This document shows, piece after piece, positions 18,822-21,854 of a DNA stretch of 21,854 nucleotides. Both the position numbers and the translations under genes were made by a program. The notes beneath the pieces were generated by a model. The model had not been told where the DNA came from. It made no database searches and saw only the letters and a list, made by a program, of their open reading frames with translations. Source of the stretch: Octopus sinensis (taxonomy: Eukaryota); contig NW_021823634.1 of NCBI RefSeq assembly GCF_006345805.1, positions 1 to 21,854 on the forward strand, written 5' to 3'. Each line of letters begins with the position of its first letter. Position 1 is the first letter of the stretch.

Positions 18822-18978
18822 GTATTTATTCCAGTTCTATGTTCTGAGTTCAAATCCTACAAAGGTTAATTTTGCCTTTGATCTTTCCATGAACAATAAA
18901 ATAAAAAGTACCAGAATAGATTTGATTGTTTACTTCCCGCAAATTTCTAATCTTGTGTTTATGTAAGAAATTATTATT
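18822..18978 (+). mobile_element. Old, CpG-depleted SINE copy
   Basis: Contains GTTCTGAGTTCAAATCCTACAAAGGTTAATTTTGCCTTTGATC, AAGTACCAG, CAAATTTCTAATCTTGTG and an ATTATT tail. Confidence 0.6.
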
Positions 18979-20289
18979 CGCTATTTTTACTACTATATGT
19001 TAGAGTTGAGAAAAATTAAGATATGCCTTTTTATACACTCTTTGTTGTTTCTTTACACATATATTGTGACAGTGGGCATATGCCACCATGGCCATAAGAC
19101 ATAACAACAACATCAAACCATATCTTAATTAAAGAGACACATTGGAACTTGTAGTCTCAGATAACTTGGCCTTGAAAGTAAGATGGGATTGCTACAGTTA
19201 GAGTACCTTTAGTTGTAGGTTTCCCCAATCAAAGCAGGCTGAGGGAGATAAACAACAACAACAGAACCAATGGGGAGCCTTCATATCATTACTCATCCTG
19301 CTAGAAATTACAGTGAAATCTCCCTGAATCACACACTTCCTTCTTTACTAAATTTTGTGATGTTCAGGGCTGGAATGTCTATGGTCACAAGTTCTCTATC
19401 AGTTAGGTCTACGTTTGGTTAAACAATAGCAACAAGTAGTTTTATGTAGTTTTAAGCAGATGACAGGTTATGAACAGCCAACTGTATTCTATCTAGCTTT
19501 TCTTTCATTTGTAAATTGGTTCAACCAGAGCTGATCTGAGACTAAACAGACATATTTTTCACCAGGAAAAAGCATTATTCAAATTTAATTTATCAATATT
19601 TATGGTATGCCACTAGCTGGCTAACTGTCTTCTAAAGCATTTCCTGTATTCTGTATCTGATATAGAATTTCAATGCCAACTCTTGAAATATATGGGATTG
19701 AGAAATAACGAACCTTAAGGTCATTTAAAAAGGGTGCAGCTAGCTAAGCCAGTAGGGGACTGGACTGCTAGCTGAGGGCTAAAAGTTGATACTCTGTCTA
19801 CCACCTTCCTGTAACATATCTGAAATCAAAGTACCAAGTTCTCGGCAAACCAGCTGTAAGCAGGGTATCATAGGGCGGTTATAATTCACCAGTGTAAGTG
19901 CTGGCAACTACACTGTAAGATTTACAATTGATAAGAGAAGTTACCCACAGTAGCTCAGTAATGTATCCAAGATTTCTTTCACAAAAACAGTTAATTAAAG
20001 AGATTCATGAATGAAAATGGTGAAATGAAGAGTGTATGAGATTTCTTAATCTTTTGTGACTATATTTTTTATGTAAATGTACAGTATATGTTTTTCAATT
20101 TATAATGGAAATAATTGGTTATCTTTCTGATATTTGTATAGCATTTTGTATTTGTTGGAATGTTTCATCATAAGGGCATGTCAATACAATTTTATTTCTA
20201 TGTCGTTTAGTGTACAGTTGTTTACCATTAGCATGCTGAGAGTGTAATGATGTAGGTTCTTTTTTTTTTCATTTCTGTACTCTTCAGAT

Positions 20290-21570
20290 ATACAGATTTC
20301 ATCAATAGAGGAAAATCTAGAAGATGGCTTTATAATCTCACCAACTGAGGCAATATTACCTGTACTAAAAAGCAGATTAAGGAATGGTTGATGGGGTATT
20401 AAAAGATCAGGCATTCCAGGAAAATTTAAAACATGGCTCAACCAATAAGGGCTACTCGCTAGACTCAGGTGGCTGTTGACAGAATTTTAAGAGGTTCCAA
20501 TGGCAAAGGTTGAAAAAGTGGAAAGAAAGATCAAATACCTTCAAAAGTGGTTGGAGATTCCTCACTTCAGTTGACCTACATATATTATCAAACTGCCTTT
20601 GTCATCCAGGGTGGAAGAATTCAGTATAGCAAAGTAAAGAGTTGTAATGATGTACAGAAACTGTCAGGATGAGAAGGAGTCTCCTCAAGATCACATGGAC
20701 AGACCTATGGAGACAAGAACCTGTCTGCATCTCCTTCTTTCTGTAAGTAGTGTATGAAATATGTCCAGTACCAACAAATCTGCACAGATGGGGCATGAGG
20801 AAGGCCCAGCTGTATAGGCTTTGTGGAGAGAGGGACATTTAGTCACACATCTTATTGTATAAAATAGCACTTGCCCAAGGGAGGTACATGTGGCTCTATG
20901 ACAATGTGCTCATGACACTCACTCAAAGTAAGAGATGCAAAAAAAATAGCTGCTCCAAAGAAAAGCAACATCCATCATGTTCAGAGAGAAGGCGAAATGT
21001 TTTGACCAGAGTAAGAACAAGCAGCTTCTTGCATAAAATCCAATCATGGGACATTAGTATAGACCAGAAAGAAAGGCTGCGGTTTCCATGGGTAATCCAG
21101 ACTAACCTAAGTCTATATGTGGTTTTGTAACCTGAAGAGACAAAGAAGATAATCATGATCAAGTTACAGTCTCATGAGAAGAGTACAGCCAAATATTTGG
21201 ATGTAAGAGCACCAAGTATCAGGACCATTTATAGAATTGCAAGAAAATTAATGGCTAACATGGCTATAAAGGATTGGAAGAAAAAGGGATGGCAAGTTAG
21301 CTGGAGAGGATTTCTTGCCCAGTCAGTACAGAGAATGCTTACAAATACAGCTGCTCACAGCAAAGGAGCGATGGCAGAAAAAGCTTCTTACTGGCTACAG
21401 TGGGAGAGAGAGGAGCTGAGCTGGAAGTCAAGAGAAGATGGGCAGGGATTTGGCTATTACTGCACCAACCTGATCAATAAGAGACTGTGAGAATTTAGGG
21501 TCAAAATACTCAAAAATCATTGGATGCTTTTGGTGACATCAATCCCTCCTAAGGTGACATAATCATTCTC
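20290..21570 (+). mobile_element. Decayed 5'-truncated RLE-type (R2 superfamily, HERO-like) non-LTR retrotransposon
   Basis: Broken frames read SGIPGKFKTWLNQ*GLLARLRW, EVPMAKVEKVERKI..LQKWLEIP, KLPLSSRVEEF, KITWTDLWRQEP, TNLHRWGMR..LYRLCGER...HIL (Zn-finger remnant), ALAQGRYMW.YDNVL, a degraded PD..L endonuclease region, KKGW, RGFLAQSV and AEKASYWLQWEREELSWK. Confidence 0.75.
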
Positions 21571-21579
21571 ATTCTTATA

Positions 21580-21854
21580 TAGGGTATTCGAGCTAAATTT
21601 GATAGTGTGTATAAAAGGAAAAGAAAACACAATATCACACCCAAAAGTAAAAGTATTTAAAAAAAATTTTTAAATATCAACAAGGATATGGTTTACTCAA
21701 AGGAGTCATTCCTTAACTTCCACCACAGCCTCAAGACGACTCTGCAGCCTGGTACTTGCGTTCCTCACTGTGACCCTAGAAATATCTTCAAAGATTTCCT
21801 TGATATTGCAGGCAGAGTGGTTGATGTCTTTCTCAACTATGCCACACACATACC
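21580..21854 (-). mobile_element. Tc1/mariner DNA transposon 3' end (runs off the window)
   Basis: The minus frame from 21852 reads YVCGIVEKDINHSACNIKEIFEDISRVTVRNASTRLQSRLEAVVEV (transposase C-terminal RLEAVV..G..FE motif). A TIR-like TAGGGTATTCGAGC follows a TA at 21578-21579. Confidence 0.72.

Noticed and set aside
1-21854. CRISPR array, rRNA or prokaryotic operon
   Set aside because: There is no repeat-spacer array, rRNA-like sequence or dense gene structure; the content is eukaryotic repeats.

Overview
This is repeat-dense animal genomic DNA with no recognisable host protein-coding exon. The SINE and microsatellite style suggests a cephalopod (Octopus-like) genome, which is an inference. 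In order it holds: a Penelope-like GIY-YIG fragment (-), a ~480-bp tandem duplication between (TA)n tracts, a 5'-truncated CR1-group LINE with an unbroken 479-codon RT frame, a hAT MITE with 8-bp TSD, many tRNA-head SINEs, and a decayed LINE remnant. These are followed by a 1.7-kb non-coding LTR element (tRNA-Trp PBS, CTCT TSD, rearranged 3' LTR), an RTE-type 3' end, a decayed RLE (HERO-like) LINE and a Tc1/mariner end. The most notable feature is a 2.17-kb retro-insertion (14012-16176) that encodes only an L1/Tx1-type ORF1 (RRM-like + CCHC knuckle) and no endonuclease or RT. It sits in the tRNA-derived head of a SINE with a 16-bp TSD, and its 3' end resembles the tail of another SINE in the window. 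A second SINE/LINE tail pair shows compensatory changes in a terminal hairpin. All alignments and counts were done by hand and no database searches were run.
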